Assembly (NCBI GenBank): GCA_028287085.1
Contig: JAQBQI010000114.1
Coordinates: forward strand, 6,755 to 70,754
DNA from: Myxococcaceae bacterium
Lineage (GTDB): Bacteria > Myxococcota_A > Polyangia > Polyangiales > Ga0077539
DNA length: 64,000 nt
Direction: 5' to 3'
Shown here: positions 35,634 to 44,619 of the stretch, one piece after another
Layout: every line of letters begins with the position of its first letter
How positions within the stretch are numbered: the stretch's first letter is position 1
Translations under genes and position numbers: made by a program
Notes under the pieces: model-generated
Database searches by the model: none
Told to the model about the DNA's origin: nothing
The model's input: the letters and a program-made list of their open reading frames with translations, nothing else

Positions 35634-37739
35634 ATGCAGCGCGCGCTCTCGGAGATCCTCGAGAGCGCGGAGGGCGAGCACGAGGAAGCCCGAGGCGAGA
35701 TCTACGCGTCGACCCTCCGCGCGAAGGCGCTTGGCACGGTGCTCGTCGACCTCGCGACGAGCGGGTGGCACATCAGCGTCGACGAAGGCAAGGTCTACGT
35801 CAGCGCCCCCTTGTGGTCCGCCGGCGCTTCCGGGCTCTCGCCCGAGGAGGTGCGCGCGGAGAAGGAGCGCGCGCGCGGGGCGATGCAGGCGCGGGTCCAA
35901 GACGAGATCGAGTCGGAGTCGACGCGCAGATTCATCCTCGACATGGAGCGCGCGGTGCGTGTGGAGGGCGGGGTGCGCTCGATCCGCTCTCTCCTCGCCG
36001 ACGGACCCTCGCTCGCGGCCGCCCTCCAGGAGCGCAGCGCTGAGGCGATCCGGCCCTACCTCCAGGTGGCCGACGGGGCCGCGGGGCGCGACCCGGAGAC
36101 GGGCCTGCGCCTCACTGACGTCTTCCGCTACATGAAGCTGTTCTGGTCCTTTCCGATGAAGTCGCCGCCGGGGAGGACGACGCCGTTCCTCGTTCGCGAC
36201 GCGGGGCAGCCGGGGCACCCGGTCTGCGGGCTGATCGCGATCGCGAGCCCGGTCCCTCGCCTCACGCCGCGAGACGCGGCGCTCGGCTGGACGCCCGCCT
36301 GGTTGGAGGCCGTCGTCCGCGCCCTGCAGTTCTCCGCTGCCGACCCGGCGCTGCAGGTCAGCGCCGTGCTGGCCCAGGCGCACGTCAGCGAGCGCGGAGG
36401 TCTCGACCCGTCGTCGCTCGTCGAGGACCTCTGCGCGCTGCTGCGCTTGCCGACGAGCCGCGCCCTTGAGGGCCTCGTCTCGGAGCTTCGAGCGCTCAGC
36501 GCCAAGGCGTGTCGCGAGCGCGCCGACGCGGCGCTCGGGGCCATCCTGAGCGACCTCCGCGGGGAGGTGGTCGATGCGCTCGGTGCGATCTCGTTCAAGG
36601 GCCTTGGCGTCAGCCGCGTCGATGCGCTGGCGAACCCCGCGGAGTCCGCCTCACGCATCGAGGCCATGAAGGCGGGGGCGTACAAACGCTGGCACGACTC
36701 CCGGCGCGTCGGCGCGGTGCGGACCCCGAACAAGCGGATCGACAAGGGCGCCGTCGAGGCGGCCCGGACGATGCGCGACGCCGAGCACGACCCGCTCTAC
36801 ATGAAGAAGCGCGTCACGCAGGCCGCGGCGCTCTTGCGGGCCTGGGAGGGGATCGCCCCGCGTGAGGGCGAGGTCAGTGCCGAGCGCCTGTTTGAACTCG
36901 CGCTCGGCCCCTCGCCCCGCGCGTCGCACCGGCTCTCGGGCGGCAACGGCGTCGCGCGCGGCCTCCGCGCCGCCTTGCTCCAGCGGCAGAACCGTTTCGT
37001 CGCGGCGCAGGTCGCCGACGTCTGCGTCTGCGGCGCGGTCCCCCCGTACGGGCCGCTGCTCGGGGGAAAACTGGCCGCTCTCATCGCGCTATCGCGCGAC
37101 GTCGCGGGCGCGTACCACGAGCGCTACGACGGCAAGGCCTCGGAGATCACCTCGCAGATGGCGGCGCGGCCCGTGAGCCGCCCCGCGGACCTGCTCGCGC
37201 TCACGACGACGAGCTTCTACGGCGTCGGGTCTTCGCAGTACGAGCGCCTCGCGCTGACCGCCGCGGGCGGCGACGTGCGGTGGAGGTTCGTCGGGTACAG
37301 CCGCGGCCACGGCACGCTTCACTTCTCCGCCGAGACCGTCGAGGCCATAGACCGCCTGCTGCAACTCGAGACGGGGCGTCGGCTCATCACGAGCCGCTTC
37401 GGCGAGGGTCCGTCCGAGCGCCTGCGCAAGATTCGCGACGGCCTCGAGCGGCTCGGCGTGAACCCCAACGTACTGCTCCAGCACGGGATGTGGCGGCTGG
37501 TGTACGTCGCGGAGCTCGCGCCCTCGGCGTGCCGCCCTGGGGGGCGCGGGGACGCCCCGCCGTGGCGCGCCGCGGGCCCATCCGTGGACGAGGTCGCGCG
37601 GCAGTGGCGCGCGCGCTGGTTGGGCCGTCGGCTCGCGAGCGCGCCCGCGTTGGTCGACGAGGTCGCGCGCTTCTCGCGCGACGACGCGATGATTGGCAAC
37701 CGCTTGCGGCGCGAGCCGCAGAGGGTGGGGAGATCTTGA
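35634..37739 (+). CDS. DUF4338-like (DruA-like) protein (~701 aa); first gene of module Y
   Basis: Blocks DVFRYMKLFWSFPMKSPPGRTTPFLVRDAGQPGHPVCGLIAIASPVPRLTPRDAALGWT, CGAVPPYGPLLGGKLAALI and TTTSFYGVGSSQYERL are present. The start is uncertain: the first ATG in frame is 35634, and the ORF is open from 35373. Confidence 0.7.
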   Translation: MQRALSEILESAEGEHEEARGEIYASTLRAKALGTVLVDLATSGWHISVDEGKVYVSAPLWSAGASGLSPEEVRAEKERARGAMQARVQDEIESESTRRFILDMERAVRVEGGVRSIRSLLADGPSLAAALQERSAEAIRPYLQVADGAAGRDPETGLRLTDVFRYMKLFWSFPMKSPPGRTTPFLVRDAGQPGHPVCGLIAIASPVPRLTPRDAALGWTPAWLEAVVRALQFSAADPALQVSAVLAQAHVSERGGLDPSSLVEDLCALLRLPTSRALEGLVSELRALSAKACRERADAALGAILSDLRGEVVDALGAISFKGLGVSRVDALANPAESASRIEAMKAGAYKRWHDSRRVGAVRTPNKRIDKGAVEAARTMRDAEHDPLYMKKRVTQAAALLRAWEGIAPREGEVSAERLFELALGPSPRASHRLSGGNGVARGLRAALLQRQNRFVAAQVADVCVCGAVPPYGPLLGGKLAALIALSRDVAGAYHERYDGKASEITSQMAARPVSRPADLLALTTTSFYGVGSSQYERLALTAAGGDVRWRFVGYSRGHGTLHFSAETVEAIDRLLQLETGRRLITSRFGEGPSERLRKIRDGLERLGVNPNVLLQHGMWRLVYVAELAPSACRPGGRGDAPPWRAAGPSVDEVARQWRARWLGRRLASAPALVDEVARFSRDDAMIGNRLRREPQRVGRS

Positions 37740-39346
37740 GCTACGACCTGCTGCTGAGCCTGTACTACGCGGACGCCTCGAACGCGGACCTCACTACCCA
37801 GGAGGAGCGCGAGCTCCTGCACGTGCGCACGCCCGTCGAGGGGCGCATCACGGCGGCGATCCGGGACGGCTTCGACGTCGTCCTCACCGGCAACCCCGGA
37901 GACGGCAAGTCGCACCTCGTCCGCACGCTCGGCGAGCGCGGCGATCTCGTCGGCGCGGAGGTGCTCCTCGACCTCTCCGCCATCCCGACGGGCGACGCGA
38001 TCGCCCGGTGGAAGGCGTGCCGCGCCGCCAAGCGAAGGTTCGTCATGTGCGCGAACGAGGGGCCCCTGCGCTCGTTCAACGAGGTCGCGAGCGCGGACGA
38101 GGCGCTGAACGCCTCCGCCTGGGAGCTCCGCCAGCAGCTCGCGCACCGCGTCGAGTCCGGCGAGGTGCCGACCAGGCCGGCCCGCGCGCTGCTCATCAAC
38201 CTCGCGGACCGAAACGTCTTGAGCGAGCCCCTGATCGCGGACGCGGTCGCGCGGGTGTGTCGCGACGCGTTCGTGCCCGACGTCGGCGTGTTCTCTGCGG
38301 AGTGCTCCGCAGCGCGGAACATGTTGCTCCTCCAACAGGACGCCCCCCGGCGGCGCTTCGCGCAGCTGCTCGCGCTGGCAGGCACGCGCCGCGGCGAGCA
38401 CGTGACGTTCCGCCGGCTCTGGCAGGCGATCTCGCTCGGCGTGACGGGCGGTAGGACGGTCGCGAAGCTGAAGGACGAGTCGAAGAACGACGCGGACGGG
38501 CCGCTCGGCGCGTCGCCCATCGACAACCTCGCCCGTCGTGCGGGGCGCGGCGTGCTTGTCGAGGCCGTGCGCCGGTTCGCGGACCCCGCGTGTTTCACCG
38601 ACCCCGACCTCGACGAGAGCCTCTGGCACACGGGGGCGCCGCCTAGCGGCGAATGGCTCTGCGAGGAGCCGAGCGCGGAGCACCCCGCGACGATGTGGGC
38701 GATGGGTCGCCGCGACGACGCGATCGACCAACTCAAGCGCTTGAAGCGCCTCGTCGCGCTGGCGCATGAGCGCGGCGACGAGCTGGTGCGGGCGATGACG
38801 CGCGCGACGGCGCGCCCGAGCGCGGTCGAGCCGCGCGCCCTCCTCGACGTCTCCCTCAGGGGGATCCGCCGGCTCTACTTGTCGCAGAGGGAGGACGCGA
38901 ACGCGCCGGAGTGGCTGCGCAGCGGGCTCCCGCTGTGGGTCGGATTCAGCTACGAGCAGGCGCCCGTCGAAGAGCGCCCCCATGTCGCGGTCGTTTCGCT
39001 CCCCGAGGACGAGTTCGAGCTCGTCCAGCCGACGCGCCCGGAGTGGCTCGGCGACGCGCTCGGGCCGCTCCCCGAGCGTGCGTGGCTGCGGCATAGGCGG
39101 TCCTCGACCCTGCTCCGCATCGATCCCGAGATGCTCGCGGCTCTGAAGGCGGCGACGGAGAGCTCGGGGCCACTGCCGATACCGGAGCCCGTCCACCGCT
39201 TCCTCGCGCAGCTCGCGGGCTGGGATGAGCTCCACGGCGAGCGGCCCCTCGGCGACGAGGCGTTCGCGGTGCTCTCGCGCCCGCGCGGCGAGCTCGAGGT
39301 CGACGGTCGCGTGCGGCTGCGCGTGGAAGGGGCGAGCTATGTCTAA
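37736..39346 (+). CDS. P-loop NTPase (536 aa), DptF/DndF-like; module Y
   Basis: A TTG start forms a TTGA overlap with the upstream stop. The N-terminus is (M)SYDLLLSLYYAD..FDVVLTGNPGDGKSH, with Walker A at 37885-37914. It aligns by eye to the start of the 33758-35386 product. Confidence 0.7.
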   Translation: MSYDLLLSLYYADASNADLTTQEERELLHVRTPVEGRITAAIRDGFDVVLTGNPGDGKSHLVRTLGERGDLVGAEVLLDLSAIPTGDAIARWKACRAAKRRFVMCANEGPLRSFNEVASADEALNASAWELRQQLAHRVESGEVPTRPARALLINLADRNVLSEPLIADAVARVCRDAFVPDVGVFSAECSAARNMLLLQQDAPRRRFAQLLALAGTRRGEHVTFRRLWQAISLGVTGGRTVAKLKDESKNDADGPLGASPIDNLARRAGRGVLVEAVRRFADPACFTDPDLDESLWHTGAPPSGEWLCEEPSAEHPATMWAMGRRDDAIDQLKRLKRLVALAHERGDELVRAMTRATARPSAVEPRALLDVSLRGIRRLYLSQREDANAPEWLRSGLPLWVGFSYEQAPVEERPHVAVVSLPEDEFELVQPTRPEWLGDALGPLPERAWLRHRRSSTLLRIDPEMLAALKAATESSGPLPIPEPVHRFLAQLAGWDELHGERPLGDEAFAVLSRPRGELEVDGRVRLRVEGASYV

Positions 39347-40787
39347 CCGCAGGAAGGTGGAGTACGCGAGCCTGCAGCGCGTGCTCATGACGGCCGAGGG
39401 GGACAAGCCGGGGGTGTTCGAGGAGCTGCTCGGGTTCCGGCCGTCCACTGCGAGCTTCAAGGGCGTGCACCTGATGAACGACCTCGCGCAGACGGTCCTC
39501 GGGGGCGCTCCTGCGCACGGCGGGAACTTCCTCTGCAAGGTCATCCGCCCTGACGCGGACGCGGCGGAACGCACCGGCGAGGCCGCCATGCGGAAGGACA
39601 AGGAGTTCAGCGCGCCGTTCGGTCGGGCCTTCCCGAAGGAGCTCGGTCCCAAGCGCGTGCGCGCGCTGCGATGCGCGGCGCAGCTCGTGACGAACTTCGA
39701 CGGGGGTCTCTACAAGGCCGGCGACAGCATGGCGAGCGGGCTCGTGACGCACAGGTCCCTGCTGGGGTTCGAGGGGTTTCGGCGCCTCAAGATCGGCCAG
39801 TACCTCGCGCAGACGCTCGCGGAGGACGGCCGCGCACGGCTCCGGTCGCTCTTCGTCGAGGACGGCGACCCGATCACTCGGGCGCTGCGCCCCCTGCTGC
39901 TCGATGCGCCGCTGGTCGACAAGGTCGCGCGGGCGGACCTGCCCGCCCCGGCCGCGTTCGACCTCGCGCTCGGACGGGGGCTCTCGACGCTGCTGGGCCA
40001 AGGGCTCAGCAAGCCCGTCGCGCTCCGCCTGCTCGCCCTCGCGGCGAGCCTGGGCGTGATCTTGAAGGTCATCGGCGTCGGCCGGGAGGGCGGCCGCCCC
40101 CTCGTGCTCGCGCTCTCGCCCGAGCAGGAGGGCCCGGTGATGTTGCTCCGAGAGGAGGCCGTGATCTCCCTCGAGCGCGGCTTCGAGGAGTTCTACGGCG
40201 CCGTCGCGGCGCGCCTGCCAGCGCACCCGGAAGGCCCCGGGATTTGGCAGCGCTCGAAGTCGGGCGGCCTTGAGTTCGAGGTGACGGGCGGCCTGCCCCT
40301 CGAGGAGGTCGCGGTAGAGATCCTCAACGCGGCGCGGAAGCTCGCCTTCAAGTCGAAGGGCGACGACGCGCAGGACGCCGCGGACGGCGCCGGGCAGACC
40401 GAGCGCGCGATCTACTGGCCCGAGCGCTTCGTCTACGGGCTCGGCCGCAGGACCGGGTGCGTGCTCCCGCGCGGGAACAAGGCGGGATGGGGCAAGCGTC
40501 TTGCGCTGACGCCAGAGCACGTCGAGGCGCTGGTGCTCATGGTCGTGCCCCGCGGCGAGACGATGCTGTGGAAGGACTTCTGGCGCGTCGTGCGGGACCG
40601 CTTCGGCGTCGTGGTCGGGGCGAACGCGTCCGCCGACGCGCGCGAGCTGCGCCAATCGGGCGTACCCCACCTCAACGTGCAGCACCTCGCTGCGAACGCG
40701 GACGCGCTCCTGGCACAGGCCGTCCGACGCGGCGTCGCGCGGCGCCTCCCTGACAGCGGCGCCGAGGTCGGAGGGACCCTCTCATGA
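39339..40787 (+). CDS. Hypothetical protein (482 aa), DptG/DndG-like by position; module Y
   Basis: ATG 39339 overlaps the upstream stop by 8 nt, and the 3' end forms an ATGA overlap with the next gene. It is a paralog of 32359-33768. Confidence 0.65.
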   Translation: MSNRRKVEYASLQRVLMTAEGDKPGVFEELLGFRPSTASFKGVHLMNDLAQTVLGGAPAHGGNFLCKVIRPDADAAERTGEAAMRKDKEFSAPFGRAFPKELGPKRVRALRCAAQLVTNFDGGLYKAGDSMASGLVTHRSLLGFEGFRRLKIGQYLAQTLAEDGRARLRSLFVEDGDPITRALRPLLLDAPLVDKVARADLPAPAAFDLALGRGLSTLLGQGLSKPVALRLLALAASLGVILKVIGVGREGGRPLVLALSPEQEGPVMLLREEAVISLERGFEEFYGAVAARLPAHPEGPGIWQRSKSGGLEFEVTGGLPLEEVAVEILNAARKLAFKSKGDDAQDAADGAGQTERAIYWPERFVYGLGRRTGCVLPRGNKAGWGKRLALTPEHVEALVLMVVPRGETMLWKDFWRVVRDRFGVVVGANASADARELRQSGVPHLNVQHLAANADALLAQAVRRGVARRLPDSGAEVGGTLS

Positions 40788-43700
40788 AGACCGCGGAGCT
40801 CATCGCGTTCGGAATCCGGGACGCGCTGCGCGCGTCCCCGAGGACCATCGGCGCGCACCTCAGCCCGATCGGCCTCTCGCCCGAGGACGTCGTCGCCGCG
40901 CTGCGCCTCGTCCGCAAGCGCCTCGGGTCCGGCCATTACCTCGTCGGCTCGGCTCCCGACATGCCCGACATCAGCGAGGACAGGCTGTTCTGCGCGCGCG
41001 ACGAGCGCGCGGCGGAGCGGGCCACCTTCTGGCGCAACCGCGTCCGCGTCGGCGATGGCGAGCGGCTCGTGTACGTGAGCGTCGAGGAGCACGGCAAGGC
41101 GAGCGGCCTGCTCGACTGCCTGGAGCCGGTGAGCGAGGAGCAGATCGCGGAGGCGTTCCTGAGCTGGTGCGACGACGAGGAGAGTGGGCTGCCCGCGGGT
41201 ACCGCCGCCGCGCTGCGGCAGGGCCGGGTCGTCGAGGGCGTGCAGCTCGAAGACCTCTGCGCGTTCGCGACTGCCTTCGAGCGGGACCCCGCCCGAGCCC
41301 GCAAGCCGTGGGAGGTGATCGGCAAGCATCTGCCACTCCTCTCGCTCGCGCGCGACTCCGCCCTCGGGGGCGACGACACCGCGGAGCGCCTTCGCAACAA
41401 TGCGAAGCTCGTGCGGGCGCTCGCGTCAGGCGAGGACCGCAGGCGGAGCACGGAGGGCGCGCTCGTCGAGGTCGAGGCGAAGCTGGTCAAGGCGTTCAAC
41501 GCGGGCGAAGACCTGCGGTCCGCGCTGGGGACGATCGACCTGGGTAGCCTGGAGACGTCTGGCATCGCACCGAAAGGGTCGAAGGGCGGGCCGCGCGCGG
41601 GCGGCAAGGGCGGCAAGGGCGGCAAGGGCGCGCCCGAGAAGAAAGGCAAGAAGGGTAGGCCGGAGCCCTCCAAGGGCGGCAAGCCGGGCCGCACGCCTCC
41701 CGAACCGGTCGTGGGCCAGAACGGCGCGTCGAAGCCGTCCGAAGGGGCCAACGGCGGGAAGCGCCCCGGTGGCGATGGAACAGAGCTCACCGCGCCGAAG
41801 GGCGGCCAGACGGGCTCCCAGCGTCCGCGCGCCGTCACAGCGCCGGCGCTCTCGCAGGGCGTCGAACTCCTCCTCGCCGCCCTGCTGGGCGGCGACGGCG
41901 CGCCAGTCGAAGCTAAGGTCCGTGCGGGCGCTAGGCAGGCGCTCGTCGCGCCCCCGAGGCAGACCGAGGCGCGACGCGGGGACATCGCCGCTGCGGAGGC
42001 GGAGCTCGCTGCGCCCCTCGCGGCGTGGCGGCAAGCGCGCGTGCAGCTCGTCTCTCAGGCGTCGGGGCTACGCGCGCAGAGCGTGACAGTGTCTGCCGCG
42101 CTCGTCGGCGCGCTGCCGCGACTGCTCGCGGACGGGGGCTGCGCTGCCGCGTTCGAGACCTTCGCGCACGCGACCGTAGCCCTGTACCTGGCCGCCCAGG
42201 ACGCATCGGAGCGCGCGATGCGCGAGGTGCTGGCGCTCGACACGGCCGCGGTGCGCGACGCCGACGGGGTCTCCGTGAGGGTGATCGGGCCGCTCCATCT
42301 GCTGTGGTTCGGTCAGGCGTTGGAGCGCAGCCGTCTGGAGTCGGAGGCGGCGTCCCTCAGCGAGACGGCGCGACGGGCGCTGGTGCGCGCGCGCTCCGCG
42401 GGTCCCACGTCGCCCGCTGAGTTCCCCGAAGGGGAGGGCGCCGACCTCGCACTCTCCCGTCCGGAGGACGGCCTGATCGTGTTCGAACGCGTCCCGGAGG
42501 TGGTCGAGCGCGCATCCCTTTCCGCCCTCGGCTCGCTGCTCGTGCGTCGGTACCTCGCGCTCGCGCCGCACGCGTCGCTCGGGTGTCGCGTCGCGTTCGA
42601 AGGGGAGGGCGCCGAGAGCTTCATCGACGGCGTGGCCGAGCACCTCATGAGCGACGACGGCCAGACGTCAGTCGAGGTGCTGTGCGAGCGCCCCCCGTCC
42701 CTCCGCGACGGCTCGGACGCCCTGCTGCTCGTCGGCCAAGGGCGCATCCGCCTCGGCTCGATCCCGATGCGACAGGAGGGTCTCGCGCAGGCGCGTCCGC
42801 ACATTGCGGTGCGGGTCCCGTCCAGTCGTCCGAGCCTGAGCGAGTCAGAGCCGTCTTCGATGGCGGTGCAGTCCATGGCCCCCGCGGTGTCTCCCGCGCG
42901 CACGCGCTTCGAGCTCCGCGAGCGGAGTCTTCGCATCGTGACCTCCGTGGAGGGCGTCGCGCACCTGGAGGCCTTCGAGGCGCTCCACGCGGCGGCGCGC
43001 GGGCGCAGGGCAACACGGGCGTTCGTGCTCGACGCGTCCGGCCTCGCGCTCCGGAGCGAGGTCGACGTGAGCCGCGGCGCGAGCGCGACGTGGCACGTGG
43101 TGATCGCGCCGAGCCTCGGGAACCGACCTCCCATGGGCGCGTTCCTACTCGCGCACGAGCGCATCGACGACCGCGCCGTCTGTGCGGTTCTCTCGCGCGA
43201 GGTCCGCGTTGCGATGCGGGCGGTCCAAGACGGTCTCGCAAGGGCAGGCCTCAACGAGGAGCAGCCCAAGCGCCTGAAGCCGATCGCAATGAAGCTCGCG
43301 CAGACCTGCGGCGGGGGGCTTCTCTCCTTGCGGAAGGACAACGTCGAACTCCTCGCAGGAGCGCTACTCTCGCTCGAACTGTCGCGCCGCATCGAGGGCC
43401 GCGGGGTCGTGGTGCCCGTCAGCGGACGCGGCTACGAAGCGCTCACCGGGGACGACCAGGATGGCATCGGGATGCAGGCCGCGTTCGGGATCGCCGACGG
43501 CACACTCCGCATCCTCGTGGGCGTCGCCACGCTCGACGCGAGCCTCGACATCGACCTCTCGGTCCCGCAGGTCGGCGGCGCCGTAGGGGCGCGGCTGCAC
43601 GCCGTCGTGTCGTCGCTGCAGGCGCTGCGGGGCGAGGACCTGCTGGCGCGGGCGGCACGCGACGCGGTCGGGTGGCTCGTGTGGCCAACCTTCGCAGGCA

Positions 43701-43903
43701 TGGAGGCGGCGGAGCGGCCGAGCGAACTCATCGCGGCCCTCTCGGACTGGGCGTCGGTGAAGGACGTCCGGATCGAGGTGCATGCCCTGCTGCCGCCCAG
43801 CGTCGTTGTTCCGAAGGGCAGACCGCCCAAGGTGTCGCGGTGTCCGTTCACCGCGTCGGTGATCGATGTCGCGCTGATCAAGCGGCTGCTGCTGTCGGCG
43901 TGA
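40784..43903 (+). CDS. Large protein (1039 aa) homologous to the N-terminal two-thirds of the DptH-like giant but without any ATPase motif
   Basis: The N-terminal block ..DERAAERATFWRNRVRVGDGERLVYVSVEE..GLLDCLEPVSEEQIAEAF.. aligns by eye with ..PHAAAAEATRLRNARAEEGETIGFLVYLN..GLNVLTEVTPEKVAEAY.. of 27665-32362. It contains a Lys/Gly-rich low-complexity linker. No GxxxxGK[ST] motif occurs anywhere in the protein. Confidence 0.7.
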   Translation: MKTAELIAFGIRDALRASPRTIGAHLSPIGLSPEDVVAALRLVRKRLGSGHYLVGSAPDMPDISEDRLFCARDERAAERATFWRNRVRVGDGERLVYVSVEEHGKASGLLDCLEPVSEEQIAEAFLSWCDDEESGLPAGTAAALRQGRVVEGVQLEDLCAFATAFERDPARARKPWEVIGKHLPLLSLARDSALGGDDTAERLRNNAKLVRALASGEDRRRSTEGALVEVEAKLVKAFNAGEDLRSALGTIDLGSLETSGIAPKGSKGGPRAGGKGGKGGKGAPEKKGKKGRPEPSKGGKPGRTPPEPVVGQNGASKPSEGANGGKRPGGDGTELTAPKGGQTGSQRPRAVTAPALSQGVELLLAALLGGDGAPVEAKVRAGARQALVAPPRQTEARRGDIAAAEAELAAPLAAWRQARVQLVSQASGLRAQSVTVSAALVGALPRLLADGGCAAAFETFAHATVALYLAAQDASERAMREVLALDTAAVRDADGVSVRVIGPLHLLWFGQALERSRLESEAASLSETARRALVRARSAGPTSPAEFPEGEGADLALSRPEDGLIVFERVPEVVERASLSALGSLLVRRYLALAPHASLGCRVAFEGEGAESFIDGVAEHLMSDDGQTSVEVLCERPPSLRDGSDALLLVGQGRIRLGSIPMRQEGLAQARPHIAVRVPSSRPSLSESEPSSMAVQSMAPAVSPARTRFELRERSLRIVTSVEGVAHLEAFEALHAAARGRRATRAFVLDASGLALRSEVDVSRGASATWHVVIAPSLGNRPPMGAFLLAHERIDDRAVCAVLSREVRVAMRAVQDGLARAGLNEEQPKRLKPIAMKLAQTCGGGLLSLRKDNVELLAGALLSLELSRRIEGRGVVVPVSGRGYEALTGDDQDGIGMQAAFGIADGTLRILVGVATLDASLDIDLSVPQVGGAVGARLHAVVSSLQALRGEDLLARAARDAVGWLVWPTFAGMEAAERPSELIAALSDWASVKDVRIEVHALLPPSVVVPKGRPPKVSRCPFTASVIDVALIKRLLLSA
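41600..41626 (+). repeat. Tandem 9-bp repeat (GGCGGCAAG)x3 encoding (GGK)3 within a Lys/Gly-rich linker
   Basis: The sequence reads ggcggcaag ggcggcaag ggcggcaag. The surrounding protein is GSKGGPRAGGKGGKGGKGAPEKKGKKGRPEPSKGGKPGRTPP (about 41570-41720). Confidence 0.85.
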
Positions 43904-44145
43904 TCAACGCAGGAAGTGCTCCCAGCGAGGTGGCTACCTGCTGACGCTCCCGACGACCTGCTCGGCGAGCGACCCACCATCGACAACAACACCTGCCCTG
44001 AAGAAACACGACCGGAAGAAGTAGTTGATGCGACTCAAAGTTCCGAAGGAACCGTCAGAAGTGGAGGTCGGCCGTGGTCTCCATTCAACACCCCGACGTG
44101 AGAACCCTGGACGCCGGGGCGACCTCTGAGCGCGCGAGACGCAGG

Positions 44146-44484
44146 ATGGTGATTGTCAAGGAGACCGAGATCTGGCTCCTTGAGCACCTGGAAGAGGGTC
44201 CGCTCCCGGCGGCGGCCTGGGTCCGCGTCTATGCCATCGGATGCAAGATCGCGGACCCGCACCCGGAGGACCAGATCCCTGGCTCGCCAGACGAGAAGCG
44301 ACAGTCGTTCTACGACGCGTTCTCACGCCACGTCGGGCCGTACGACGGCTCGAACGATCGCGTCGTCGTGGCGCACCTCGTCGGTCCGCCAGAGAAGGGT
44401 GAGGAGGTCTCGCATCGGCGTGGCGATGGTACCTCCGCGGCGCGTGCGGCGCACTCGATGCGCGCATGGGGAGGGAGCGTCTGA
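44146..44484 (+). CDS. Small hypothetical protein (112 aa)
   Basis: MVIVKETEIWLLEHLEEGPLPAAAWVRVYAIGCKIADPHPEDQ.. has a protein-like N-terminal half, but the tail is Arg/Ala/Gly-rich. No RBS and no motif. Confidence 0.3.
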   Translation: MVIVKETEIWLLEHLEEGPLPAAAWVRVYAIGCKIADPHPEDQIPGSPDEKRQSFYDAFSRHVGPYDGSNDRVVVAHLVGPPEKGEEVSHRRGDGTSAARAAHSMRAWGGSV

Positions 44485-44619
44485 CGCGTCGACGGGGATC
44501 CCTACGAGGTCTCGAAGGACGACCGGTGTCGGCCGACGCTGTAGCGGCGACTCTCTTTCACTCGCCCAGCCCCGCGTCGAGGCTAGGTTCTGATGTGATA
44601 GTGCGGCGAACGGCCAGAC

